Assembly: GCA_951406725.2 (NCBI GenBank)
Contig: OX597832.1
Span: 36,456,001-36,520,000 of the forward strand
From: Octopus vulgaris
Taxonomy: Eukaryota
DNA: 64,000 nucleotides
Direction of reading: 5' to 3'
Positions 52,841 to 63,830 of the stretch are shown here, one piece after another. Under the pieces are notes generated by a model, which was not told the origin of the DNA, made no database searches, and saw nothing but the letters and a program-made list of their open reading frames with translations. The position numbers and the translations under genes were made by a program. How positions within the stretch are numbered: the stretch's first letter is position 1; the number at the start of each line of letters is the position of its first letter.

Positions 52841-53228
52841 TATTCTTTTATTCTTTTATTCTTGTTTCAGTCATTTGACTACAGCCATGTTGGAGCACTG
52901 CTTAAAGGGTTTTATAGTTGAAAAAAGTTGCCCCCAGGACTTATTCTTTTTGTAAGCCTAGTACTTATTCTATCGGCCTCTTTTGCTGAACTGCTAAGTT
53001 ACAGGGTTGTAAACATACCATCGGTTGTCAAGTGATGGTGGTGGGGACAAACACACACACGTACACGATGGGTTTCATTCAGTTTCCAACTATCAAATCC
53101 ACGCACAAGGCTTTGGTCAGCCCGAGGCTATGGTAGAAGTCACTTGCCCAATTTTCTATGCTGTGGGACTGAGCCCAGAACCATGTGGTTGATAAGCAAG
53201 CTTCTTACCACATAGCCACGCCTGCACC
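52841..53228 (-). mobile_element. SINE family A, full length, nested in a family B copy
   Basis: (ttcttta)n tail to ccacgcctgcacc head; family B sequence flanks both sides (52745-52840 and ~53229-53268). Confidence 0.85.
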
Positions 53229-54335
53229 TTTTTCTTTTCTTTGAGGTCAATAGATAAAATGCCTGTATCAGTTTCTGTTTCTCTTTAGAAGCAGTCAGTT
53301 ATGTTCAGACTTGGAGAGGCCCAAAGCATGCTGTCTGACATTATGGTGTCCCTATGATGCCATCAGGAATTGAAGGCCAGGAAAGCAGTACCACCCCAAC
53401 TAATTCACCTGCATCTGCTTTTGTCATCTCTACATGAAACACTTTGTTCAGTCTATTCTTCCCCAAACAGCACCTTGCTCTTTGGAACATCTTTCCTGCC
53501 ATATCGTACGAATAGACATCAACCAAAATAACAAAATTTTCAATATTTTAACCACTACATTGTTTATTTTTAGTTTAGTTTTATACTTTTTATTGTTTTG
53601 CCATATTTTTTTATAAATGCTTACAAGATATTCTCTCCTGATCGAAAGTCTAATTAATACAGAAGTGGAACAGTTAGAATATTGAAAACTGGTTTAAATT
53701 GTTCCTTCTTAGTTCCTCTCAGATTCTCCCCTTCTCTCTCTCTCTCTCTCTCCCTCTCTCTCTCTTTCCCCCTCCCTCTCTCCTGGATTTTCCTTTGAAT
53801 TATACATCTTGTTTTCTTGACTTGTCTCTCTTTATCTTTTCTCTTTCCTTCTCTTGCTCACCACTCACTCTTTCTCTCTCTCTCTCTCCCCCTCTCTCCT
53901 ATACAGTAATTACCACAAAAGACAGTCAATATAAATAAATAATTTAACAATAAAAATCTATAAATTCTGACATTTTATTCTATTGAATCTAAAAGTGTAT
54001 TTCTGTAGAATTGATAGCATTTTAATTTTGCAGATGAGCCCCCCCCCCCCCTTTTTTCCATTTGATCTCAATAGGATATACAATGGTTGTGAGGTCATTT
54101 GTGTTGGATTAGTGAGTACAGGGACAAGTACTTTGACCTTCTTAGTGCTAATGTCTATGCTTTGTCTTTCCTGCTTAGCTGGAACTGCTTGGCTGATGAA
54201 CAGAGTCCTTTCTCTCTACTTTTTAGCTGAAGCATACATTAACACTTGGAAGAGCATCATCCATGTGTAAAAACAATCATTTATGTTCGTTTTTCCTCTG
54301 CTGGCATTGGTTGGATAGGTTGTCCAAGTCCTTAT

Positions 54336-54503
54336 TTAACCTTTTATCATTTAAACCAGTCACATCCAGCCCAAATATCCGACCTGTTTTATGTTCAAGC
54401 TGGCTTTGAAACTAGTCACTTTCACCTCCCCTACAATGTCATTCCAAAAATAGATGATCACATTATTAGATTTGACCACATAATCTGAATGCTGAAGGGT
54501 CAA
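54336..54503 (-). mobile_element. piggyBac-type MITE family 1 (reverse, internally deleted)
   Basis: TTAA|ccttttatcatttaaacc...taatctgaatgctgaaggg|tcaa. Confidence 0.8.
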
Positions 54504-55184
54504 ATTTACTGTCCTTGTAGGTGAGTCAGAGACCCACATGTTGCTTGTACATTCCATTTTGGCACGAATACTACTGCAGGATATTGTTTGTTATCAACCT
54601 GTTTGCAGAATGTACTGGATATATTTTATCATAGCACCAATCCTAGAGGGGTTGCTTTGTTCCCTGCAAGACTAAAGAGTCTTCACTATGATATTTAAGA
54701 TATCTGTAATATCTGTGTTTTGGAAAGCTATAGAGAATTAATGTAAAAGTAGATAAAAAGTTTATGAACAAAGCAAGGGAAATAGACAGAATGGTCGATG
54801 CCCTGTACAAGAGTTATTTTGTGATATGATTTGTACCAATTAGTAGGGACTAAACCTAGTGTAGCATGCTCTGTGGCATCACAGAAACATGTTATTACTC
54901 TACAATCACCCATAAATGTTTACCCTCTCCCCACAACCGTCTCATCTTTGTGGCTCTTGCACTGAGTGGAAATATATGGAGTTCGATTTATAGTCGTAAC
55001 TGTTCTGGTTCTATATGTATTGTTGTGGGGAACAGATTTGCCAAAATTAACCGTTCCATTGAGTTAGTTGGACATTGATGCAAACATATTAGTGCTTTAA
55101 ATCAAGCTGTTGATGCTGTCTTGCATCCCTGGCCAAAATATTAAGATTTTGAGTTGCTGAGTCTGACTCGTTTGAAGTTAGATA

Positions 55185-55385
55185 TTGTTTAGCTTCAAGT
55201 CAAATCTAATTCAGCTGACATCTGATCAAAGCCATTCCAGTCCCTCATTTTTACCTGCTCAAAATGTTTCCTGGACTACATTATCCAATGAAACACTTTT
55301 TTAAAAACAGTAGGCGATTACTTCATGGAGATTCAGCTGTTATTTTTAACAGATCAGTTACCCGTGTAGAAGGTTCCTCGGTTGT
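55185..55385 (-). repeat. Repeat family D, uninterrupted copy
   Basis: ttgtttagcttcaagtc...tgatcaaagccattccag...ggactacattatccaatg...ttttaaaaacagtagg...gctgttattt. Confidence 0.65.
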
Positions 55386-56010
55386 TTGAGTTAGTACCAC
55401 AGTAATATAATTCACAGCTGTAATTAGTGGCAACACTATAAAATTGATGAGTGTTTCATTGGTTTGTGGTGTCAAGTTTAATTCTGTTTGTGGAAAAAGT
55501 TATCTAATTTGGACTTCACTTAATATTCGGGTAAACTTTCGCCTCTCATCTCCTTCATGTTACAAACATGAAATATAAGCACCCTTCTCACCCCTCCTGG
55601 AATCTTTAATTAAGTAGAAATAATTTCATATCCTACACATTTATCACTTTTGGTTTCCCATTGTTCCTTGGAGATGCATATCCTACATGTTTGTTGGGGG
55701 GATTTATATGAAGTTGCTCTCTCTTTGTGTTATATTTTGGGTTTATAATAGTCAGAAATTAATTGTTAGATCCAAAATAGGACAGGTTATTTTATCATCA
55801 TTATCTCATTAAGCTTACTTGAACATTTTTACCCCATACAAGGCATCCATCCCAGTCCTGCATTAGTTGAGTGAAGTCTTTGGGGAAGCGTCCAGTGCTT
55901 CTGGTAACTTGATCTACATGTGTGTTGCATTCATATATTTACCAAAATGCATTCTTCCATTTCTTAATTGCTTCCAGTATGTATTAAACTTCTTTTCTGT
56001 TATTTTGCAG

Positions 56011-56142
56011 ATGCCCACAGGGCATTAGAATTACTTGAGGATTACCACAGTCGCTTGACCAAGCCACAAGACAAAGCTCTAAAAAATGCTATAGAGAGGG
56101 TCATCAGGATTTTTAAAAGCCGTTTGTTTCAAGCCCTATTAG
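56011..56142 (+). CDS. dlg1: Internal coding exon of Discs large 1 (Dlg1/SAP97-type MAGUK), N-terminal L27 domain
   Basis: Acceptor ttcttttctgttattttgcag|AT at 56010/56011 and donor TTAG|gtaagt at 56142/56143; 132 bp, phase 1/1. Translation (D)[43 protein letters not shown](D) closely matches the recalled Drosophila Dlg1-S97 L27 segment ([45 protein letters not shown]). The exon lies inside track ORF 55968..56273, whose flanks are intronic. Confidence 0.93.
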
Positions 56143-56636
56143 GTAAGTGGGTTTTGCTTAAGACATTGTTTGTTGATTTTTGTCCAACAGCTGAATTTCC
56201 AGAGAATGCTTGGTGTCGGATATGGCACTTAGTCCCAACGTTCATGGATAGAGGGACATACAAGCAATACTGACAAACGCAAGCACACACACACACACAC
56301 ATACTTCTTGTTCATTGACACAAATTAAGAATTAATGGGAACAGTTGATAAAGAAACTTTAGAAGTGCTGAATGTGTTGGTAATTAACAGACAAGAAAGT
56401 AAGTTTTGAATAGAGTATAGCTGTGAAGGTAATCAAGAAAGATTGGGTAATTACCTTTAGAAGATGGAAACAAGTTGCCAGCACTGCCTGGAGGCAATTT
56501 TAATTTTGATCTTCTAAGGGTAAATAACCAATCTTTCTCAGCTGTTTTAAAAGCAGCTCTTGAAAGAATTAATATTGCAGAAACTTTTGACTATTCTTTT
56601 GCATAAAAAATATTACCATCCATTTCATAATATTCT

Positions 56637-56639
<3 letters not shown>

Positions 56640-56688
<49 letters not shown>

Positions 56689-56875
56689 ATACAGTGTACA
56701 TTTAAACACAAAAGAGATACCCAAAGAATAGGATATCTGACTCACTAGAAAGAGCAGTTAAACTCCAAGCCACTAATTGTTGTAATTCCAAAAGTGATTG
56801 AAAAATAAAAATAAAAAGGTAAAAGACACACACACACACACACGCACATACATATATATATATATATATATACAA

Positions 56876-56924
<49 letters not shown>

Positions 56925-57125
56925 CAGTCGAAATTGCAAGGATGATCCGGTTCTTGACTGAAGATTGAAGGCTTCGAATGTCCCGTCCGTGTTTTTTGTA
57001 TCGTCTTCAAAATGTTTTGCGTTCTTGTCCCAGTTTGTATTTTTTATACATACACATATATATATAGCGGCGTACGTACCCTATCTCTTATATGTAAGTA
57101 TATATATATATATATATATATATAT
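56640..57125. repeat. (TA)n/(CA)n microsatellite cluster
   Basis: Direct reading. Confidence 0.9.
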
Positions 57126-57129
57126 GTCT

Positions 57130-57340
57130 TTTACCTTTTGCTTGTTTCAGTCATGAGACTGCAGTCATGCTGGGGCACTGCCTTGAATAACTTTTAGTCA
57201 AATGAACCAATCCCAGTGGTTCTTTATTTCTAAGCCTGGTACTTATCCTACAGAGCTGCTACAGAGTTACAGGGACATGAACAAGCCAACACCAGCTGTC
57301 AAGCAGTGGTGGGGGCAAACACACACACACACACAATAGG
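57130..57340 (-). mobile_element. SINE family A, 3' half
   Basis: cttgtttcagtcatgagactgcagtcatgctggggcac...gtcaagcagtggtgggg. Confidence 0.8.
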
Positions 57341-58749
57341 CTGTTTGTATGTACATATATACACAGATATATACTCATGCGTCCTCGTACATAGTTTTGG
57401 TGAAAAAAAGCATGAAGTGCTCAATCCAACTTTATATTGAAAATGCATAAAGCTTGATATATTTTAATTTATGTGTGGGTTAAAGAGAGACGTTCTACTG
57501 TTGGATTGTTTTATTTGGTTAGCTGTCCACATATGCCACTGTGCTGGAAAAGTAATTGAATGACAAATTAAATCTGTTTATCTCGCATAAATCAACGCAT
57601 GCAAACACACACGTACACATGTATTTGTGTAAATAGGGAATGTCTTCTCTTTCAGTCATCTTCTACCAAAGACCCATCTGTATTCAAATTTAATCTTTCT
57701 AATTGATATACTCTATGATAATCTTTCTAATTTATGTCTCCTACCATTTTAAGACCTTCTTGGCATCATCTTCTTCATGAGATAATAGCAGTAAGGGGCA
57801 TATTTTTCACACACTTTGCAGTAGGTTGCAAAGGATCACAAGGATAATGTTATAACTGATAAAATTTGTTCAGCAAACTCTTGGTTGCATTCAAGGTTTA
57901 TTTCCTGGGTGCTCTATCTGAGTATTGATTTTTGATTTGTATTTGACAATGAGTAAAGTTCCCATACTTAATGTCATTTTTGAGGAACTTAATACAGATA
58001 AGGCAGTGTTATCAACTAAAGTTTTTTTTTTTTTTTTAGTCTATTTAGTCTTGTTACATATTCTAATATCTCTTTATTGTAAATATTTCATCAACCAATG
58101 AGAAAGTCTCATATTTGTCTGTCCCAATATAACAGTTCCAGTCTTGAAGTTTACAATTTTTTGTGCTTCCATTGAAACTTATATATTACATTGATTGTCT
58201 GAGATACATTCAGTGGTTTGATAATTTGCAGTTTCACATTGATGATGAAATTCTGGTGTTATTGTAATATATTTTAACCATGCATTTGTAGTTGTGTGTA
58301 GTATAGATTGTGTTCTGTGTTTTGGGGGGTTTTTTTTTATAAAAAAAGTATGACTGTATGGTTAAGAAGTTTCTTTTCAAACAATATGATTTTGGGTGGA
58401 GTCTCACTACATGACACCTTGAGAAAGTATCTTCTAAAAATCAAAGCTTTGTGAGTGAATTTGGTAGACAGAAACCAAAAGAAACCAGTTGTGTGTGTGT
58501 GTGTGACATGATCATTGACCAATCAGTTTGTATGTTAACAGATAACATTCTGATCCACATTCCTACTTCAAAAACAAACTATCTTTATAATAATAGAATT
58601 CCATCACACCACAGCTCCATAAACTTTTGAAGATCTTATGTGAAACCAGTAAAGTGTATTTCCTATATTTTAGAATATAATTAAACTCTAATTAATTTCC
58701 AGCATTTTCAACTTCATTTCTTCTGTTCCTCCACTTGTTTGGATAGATG

Positions 58750-59345
58750 TATCATCATTTAATGTCCATTGTCCATGCTGGCATGGGTTGGATGGTTTGA
58801 CTGGGCTGGCACACTAGAAGACTGCACCAGACTCCAGTCTGATTTGGCATGGTTTTCTATGGCTGGATGCCCTTGCTAATGCCAACCGCTCTGATAGTGT
58901 AATGGGTGATTTTACGTGCCACTGGCATGGGTGCCATTTGAGTGACACCAGAGTGTTTTTTCATGCCAACTTGCATGACACTGGTATCTGCCATGACTGC
59001 AATTTTGCTCAGCTTGATGGGTCTTCTCCAGTGTGACATAATGCCAAAGGTCTTAGTCATTGCCTCCATGGGGCCCAACGCTTGAAAGGAACTCAACCAC
59101 TTTGCCTCTGTGAGGCCCAATGCTCGAAAGGTGTTCTTTACATTCCACCAGCACAGGTCCTCTTAAGCACAGCACATCGCCAAAGGTCTTGGTCACTATC
59201 ATTTCCTCTGGGGGCTTTTCCTGTCTTCATATCCTTAATTGCTTTATTTACCATGGAACTGTCAATTTGGGTTGCTGGTCCCTTAATTGGGTTAACATTT
59301 GGCAGACTCTCCTCCTCCCACTCATTGTGTGTGTTTGTGTGCATT
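58750..59345 (-). mobile_element. Internally deleted RTE-type element with 3' UTR and (GAT)n tail
   Basis: ORF 59138..59344 NEWEEESLPNVNPIKGPATQIDSSMVNKAIKDMKTGKAP is fused to the C-terminal-like DQDLWRCAVLKRT. The 3' UTR ends ...tccaacccatgccagcatggacaatggacattaaatgatgat. Confidence 0.7.
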
Positions 59346-59599
59346 TATAGGGATTTATGTGTGCCTCCTTGACATCATTTGATAGTTGTAAATGAGGGTC
59401 ACATGTTTTGGATTTCCACATTAGTCATGTAAATGTACTTTCAAGTGGAAAACCCACAACCGCTCCATCTTTCAAGCTGTATAAGTTTTCTTGTAGGCAG
59501 AAACTTTTTATGAATGTTACTTGGCATAGTAAGAGGTTTCATTTACTATAACAACACCTTGTCTCAGGTCTATAGTTTTCATTATTAGAATGTTAATTA

Positions 59600-59795
59600 A
59601 GGTAGCGAGCTGGCAGAATCATCAGCACAGCAAGTGAAATGCTTTGCCGTATTTTGTCTGTCTCCGCTGAAGTCAATTTTGCCTTCCATCTTTTCAGGGT
59701 TGATAAATTAAGTATCAGTGAAACACTGGGGTTCATGTAATCAACTGATCCTCTCCCACCAAAATTTCCGGCCTTGAGCCTTTAGTAGAAAGGAT
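59600..59795 (+). mobile_element. SINE family B
   Basis: ggtagcgagctggcagaatc...; probable TSD attattagaatgtt/attattagagtgtt. Further degenerate copies at ~4262, ~7126, ~22160, ~35300 and ~61285. Confidence 0.8.
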
Positions 59796-61916
59796 TATTA
59801 GAGTGTTGGCTAAAGAAACTAATTCTATGACAAATACCTCAGCACTTCGGCCTCACAGCGATGGTATTTCTCTGACATTCTATGCAATAGCAGTGGAGAA
59901 CAGAATTAATAGTGTTTGATGAAATATTTTGTAGTATTTGGTTATGTTCCTTTAGGTTCAAATCTTGCACTGCTTGAGTTTCCAGTGTTCTGAGATTGAT
60001 GAAATAAAAAAAAAAGGACCAGTCAAATACTAAGACCAACGTAATTGTCTATGTTTTAGATGTCAGTGCCTCTGTATTGTGAGTAAGACAATAATCATCT
60101 GTGTTTGCGTGTGTGCGCACGCCAGTGCACGTGCATGTTTTTATCAGATGGATTCTGATGGAAACTTAGTATTTGTGTTGACAAAGTTCTCTGATGTAAC
60201 AGAAGCCCCAAAGATATAAAAAGAAGTTTTAATTGATCTCTAATTAGATGACCTAATTAGTAAGTAGTGAAAACTAGCCCCCCCCCCTCTCCCAAAGGAC
60301 TGATTTTAGTATGGAGTCTCAGAGGTTTAAAAAGAGTTGAAGAGAGAGTATAGTGAATGTGATAGGGGCAGCGGGATGATGGAATATGTAATCGGCAAGA
60401 TCAAAGGAATAGAAGAGACTTGTGAGGCAAGATATGCAGCTTGGTGGCAGGTCACGGCTTGCAGTAGTAAAGAATTGATGATATCTGGAGATGGTAGCAG
60501 TCTATTCCATATATGTTTTTAATCAATATTGCCATAGAAAAGTTGATGTGAGATTGATTATGGTGGTGATGATGATGATGATATATTTAGATTTTTAAGA
60601 ACCCCAGTTTTCAACTAAATGAATTGATTGATTTCAGTTCTAGTTGGTAAAATATTAGTATTGATTGCTATTCTGATTCCATCGCAAAATTCTCTGATAA
60701 AATAGGATGCTTCAGTAAATTATTGAATTTTAAATTGCTGTTATGAAAATTTGATGTTAGCGCCATTTATTAATGGAGAAAATATTTGATTTTCATCTTG
60801 ATTAATCTTCTCCCTAATTTCAGTATGAAAGTCATTCTTTGTCAATGAATGAAAGATACTGCTTCACACTGATATTGTTCTACTATCTCCAATTTATGCT
60901 AAAACTTATTGGAGCAAACATAACCACCAACTGAACTGCTCAAAAAAACAAAAAAAAAATACAAAAAAAAAAAGTGGAAATAACAGAACTGACTCCATTA
61001 CTTGGCAGGTGGCAGAGTCTACAAATCAGTTGGTAGAACTGAGATTATAAACACAGTACATGAAAATATGCACTTTCTGTAGTCACCATAGCTACCAATC
61101 TACATCAGTTGGACTAGTTAATATCGCTTAATGAAAGGAGCTGATATAATACCCTTGGTGGAGTTACATACAATGTCATTAGGATCTCTCAAATTTCAGA
61201 AAATGTCTTCCCTTTTCTCCCCTAAGTGTCCCCTCGATACTCTCTACTCCTATAATTATTATATAACTGGCATAAATGGTTGGAGTGAGCTGCTAGTTGC
61301 TAGAGTGATGCCTTCAAGTATTTATTCTGGTTCTCTGTTTTGAGTTCAAATCCTTGTTGAGATCACTTTTACCTTTCATCTTTGGAGGTGTGTGTGTGGT
61401 GGTGGTCACTAAAGGAAGTACTGGTCCTGGGTGGTGAACTGATAGTATTGATAGTATCAGATGGGTCCTTGGGCTCAAATGTTGTCACGGCCTACTGGGG
61501 TGGCAGACTTAATCCATCATTTGGTTTTAACACCACCATCTGACCCCTGGATGTCTTAAGCAGATTTCATTTTGATGCAAGCATTTAGGCTAAATCTCTC
61601 GTTGGAAGATACTGCCTTGCCTCCTTCTCACCAGTCTTAGACATCTTGAAACAATTCACGGGCACCACCTTTCCCTCCCGTCTGAGGTGTGCATAATGCA
61701 GACACTGGGGTTCTTCAGTAAATTATTGTCAGTATTTACTCACTAATCTTGGGGTCTCAGTTTAAAAAGGTTTAGGGTAAGAGGGAAGAGTCTAAGAGAT
61801 TTGACCCTTCATTTTCTAGGTCACTAATATATTGAGACTAATTCAACAGAAGTAAAAGCCTCTCCCCTTACTAAACAAACTTAGTATTTTTTAGTGATCT
61901 AACAAAAGAAATCTCT

Positions 61917-62520
61917 TTAACCCCCTGGTGTCCAAACCAGCCAAAAATAATTCCCCTTTATTTTTTTAGTGATTTCATGCAGGAATCAGATATGACCGGA
62001 TTTTGCTGGTGCAAACAAGTAAACAAATCATGTGATTGAATTCCCTATAGCTTTGAGATAATGTGAGATAAAGCCTTTCAAGTGAAAATACCATGAAATT
62101 TTCGAGTCTTTTTTGGTTTTATCAATGTTTGAAGAGAAGTGCACATCTTAGTTTATAACGATATGGCGTCAGCAAGTAGCAATTCCAATTTTGAAGGTTT
62201 TATTCTTGATGATGTACAAAATGTAAGCGAAAACTAACAGTGATTTGTCTTTGGACGAATCTGCATATAAGTATACAAGAATCCCTTTTTTTAAATTTTT
62301 GATTCTTGTATACTTATTTTATTTATGATTCTTTGCAAGTAGGCTTATTGCCTATAAGAGAGCTGTTCTTCATTCGAATTCATGCTTTCTCCTGCATGCC
62401 ACTAACTACAGGCAAATACGAAAATGTATTCTCGTCAAAATAAGTGAACGCGGTACCTGACAAGACACATCTGCAAGGAATGATGCACCACAAATATTTG
62501 TACAGAATCTCCCCCCAACC
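61917..62520 (+). mobile_element. Candidate internally deleted piggyBac relic
   Basis: Starts TTAA|CCCCCTGG; acidic N-terminal-like MASASSNSNFEGFILDDVQ at 62164; later Cys-containing fragments (RKCIL, RHICKE*CTTNICTES). The left ~150 bp resemble one end of MITE family 1. Confidence 0.45.
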
Positions 62521-62566
62521 TATGAGGAACTGATGCATGTGAATTCCATTTTCTTTCTCTCATATC

Positions 62567-62597
<31 letters not shown>

Positions 62598-62777
62598 GTT
62601 GGCAAATTAAGCAGAAACAGTGCAAAGTTTGAGGGACTCTTTAAGTCTTGTAAGGTCGAGACAACCTCTTATATTGCTGGAACCATAATTTACAAACCAT
62701 TACATGAGAGAAAAATACAAACTCACTCACTCAAACACATGCACGCATTTATGTGTATGAGCACACACGTGCACACG

Positions 62778-62808
<31 letters not shown>

Positions 62809-62814
<6 letters not shown>

Positions 62815-63040
62815 TTAGGATTCAGATTACTCTGTCCAACGTCCTGTTTATTTTTCACTGTTTTGAATTACTCCTGCATTGTCTCATAGCTTTGAGATTT
62901 CACAAGTGTAATTGATTGCTCATTTTTAGAATGACATTGTTGGTTTAAGTTTGAAAAGTTGGGTTTGGCCAGTTTGAATATAAAACAGGAAGAATATTTG
63001 AGTTGCTCGATGTTTCCTGTTTAAATGCTGAAGGGTTTAA
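62809..63040 (+). mobile_element. piggyBac-type MITE family 1
   Basis: aatcctttaggattcagattactctgtc...tttaaatgctgaagggtttaa. Confidence 0.8.
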
Positions 63041-63184
63041 AGTGAATTGAACTGTTGGTGTTTAATGCAGTTCACTGCCTTGTAGGATTCTGTCCAACTG
63101 TCCAACCCATGACAGCATGGAAGAGAGAGATGTTAAAATGACAATGATGATGATACACATATAATCTATATAGACATGTCTGGG

Positions 63185-63220
<36 letters not shown>

Positions 63221-63598
63221 GATATACATGCATGCATGTATATGTGTTAAAGTGTATATGTGTGTATAAAGTACATGTATGTGTATATGTGTATGTATGT
63301 ATGTGTGTTTGTATATACATGCATGTATATGTGTGTGTATGCATGTTTTATATATGTGTGTGTGTTTGTTTATTTTCAGTCAGCAAGGCAACTTGCAGTC
63401 AGCATCACTATGTACCTTGGAAAAGGACAAAATGATGGCAGTAGTAAAATCTGAAATTATGACCAGATGGTCAATATGTCACCCACATTGACCGCCATTA
63501 GTGATTCTGTTTCTAATAGTTGTGGACATGTAATGGCTGGAATATATTGTTCGCATAGTGTCGTTTCGAAGCTTTCTGCTCAGCTAATTACTGACATG

Positions 63599-63830
63599 GT
63601 CACTTTAGATAACTGCTAACAGAACGAATGTCCCAGGTAATACGGCTACTTTGTTAAGTACTTCAAAAGAACCATTTACTATAGATAAAAGTTACATGAA
63701 TGGACCAGTTCTCGATAATAAGGTTTATTAGCTAGGTACTTTCATAGTATACCTAGTTACTATAGATAAGTGTTAGTTGAATGAACCATGTCTTGATAAA
63801 CATTTAGATGCTAGTATGTTACCGTATTAT
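63599..63830. repeat. Degenerate ~76-81-bp tandem repeat, 3 copies
   Basis: cactttagataa (63601), tactatagataa (63677), tactatagataa (63758), with further shared blocks downstream in each unit. Confidence 0.65.

Larger units (their letters stand above)
1..56010 (+). other. dlg1: Probable long dlg1 intron upstream of the L27 exon
   Basis: The exon starts in phase 1 and needs an upstream coding exon (MPVxKQ-type in homologues). I found none by eye; the region is repeats and TE relics. Short or non-coding exons could have been missed. Confidence 0.55.

Noticed and set aside
53290-53530. Coding-looking stretch (ORF 53341..53526)
   Set aside because: No recognisable motif or convincing splice sites; possibly an unidentifiable TE remnant.
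55968-56273. Whole 101-aa ORF as a single-exon gene
   Set aside because: Only 56011-56142 is Dlg1-like and it is bounded by canonical splice sites; the start is a TTG inside the intron.
411-63491. Many 60-150 aa ORFs rich in HT/YI/CV/SL repeats
   Set aside because: They are translations of (CA), (TA), (TG) and (CT) microsatellites and SINEs, with no domain signal or supporting splice structure.
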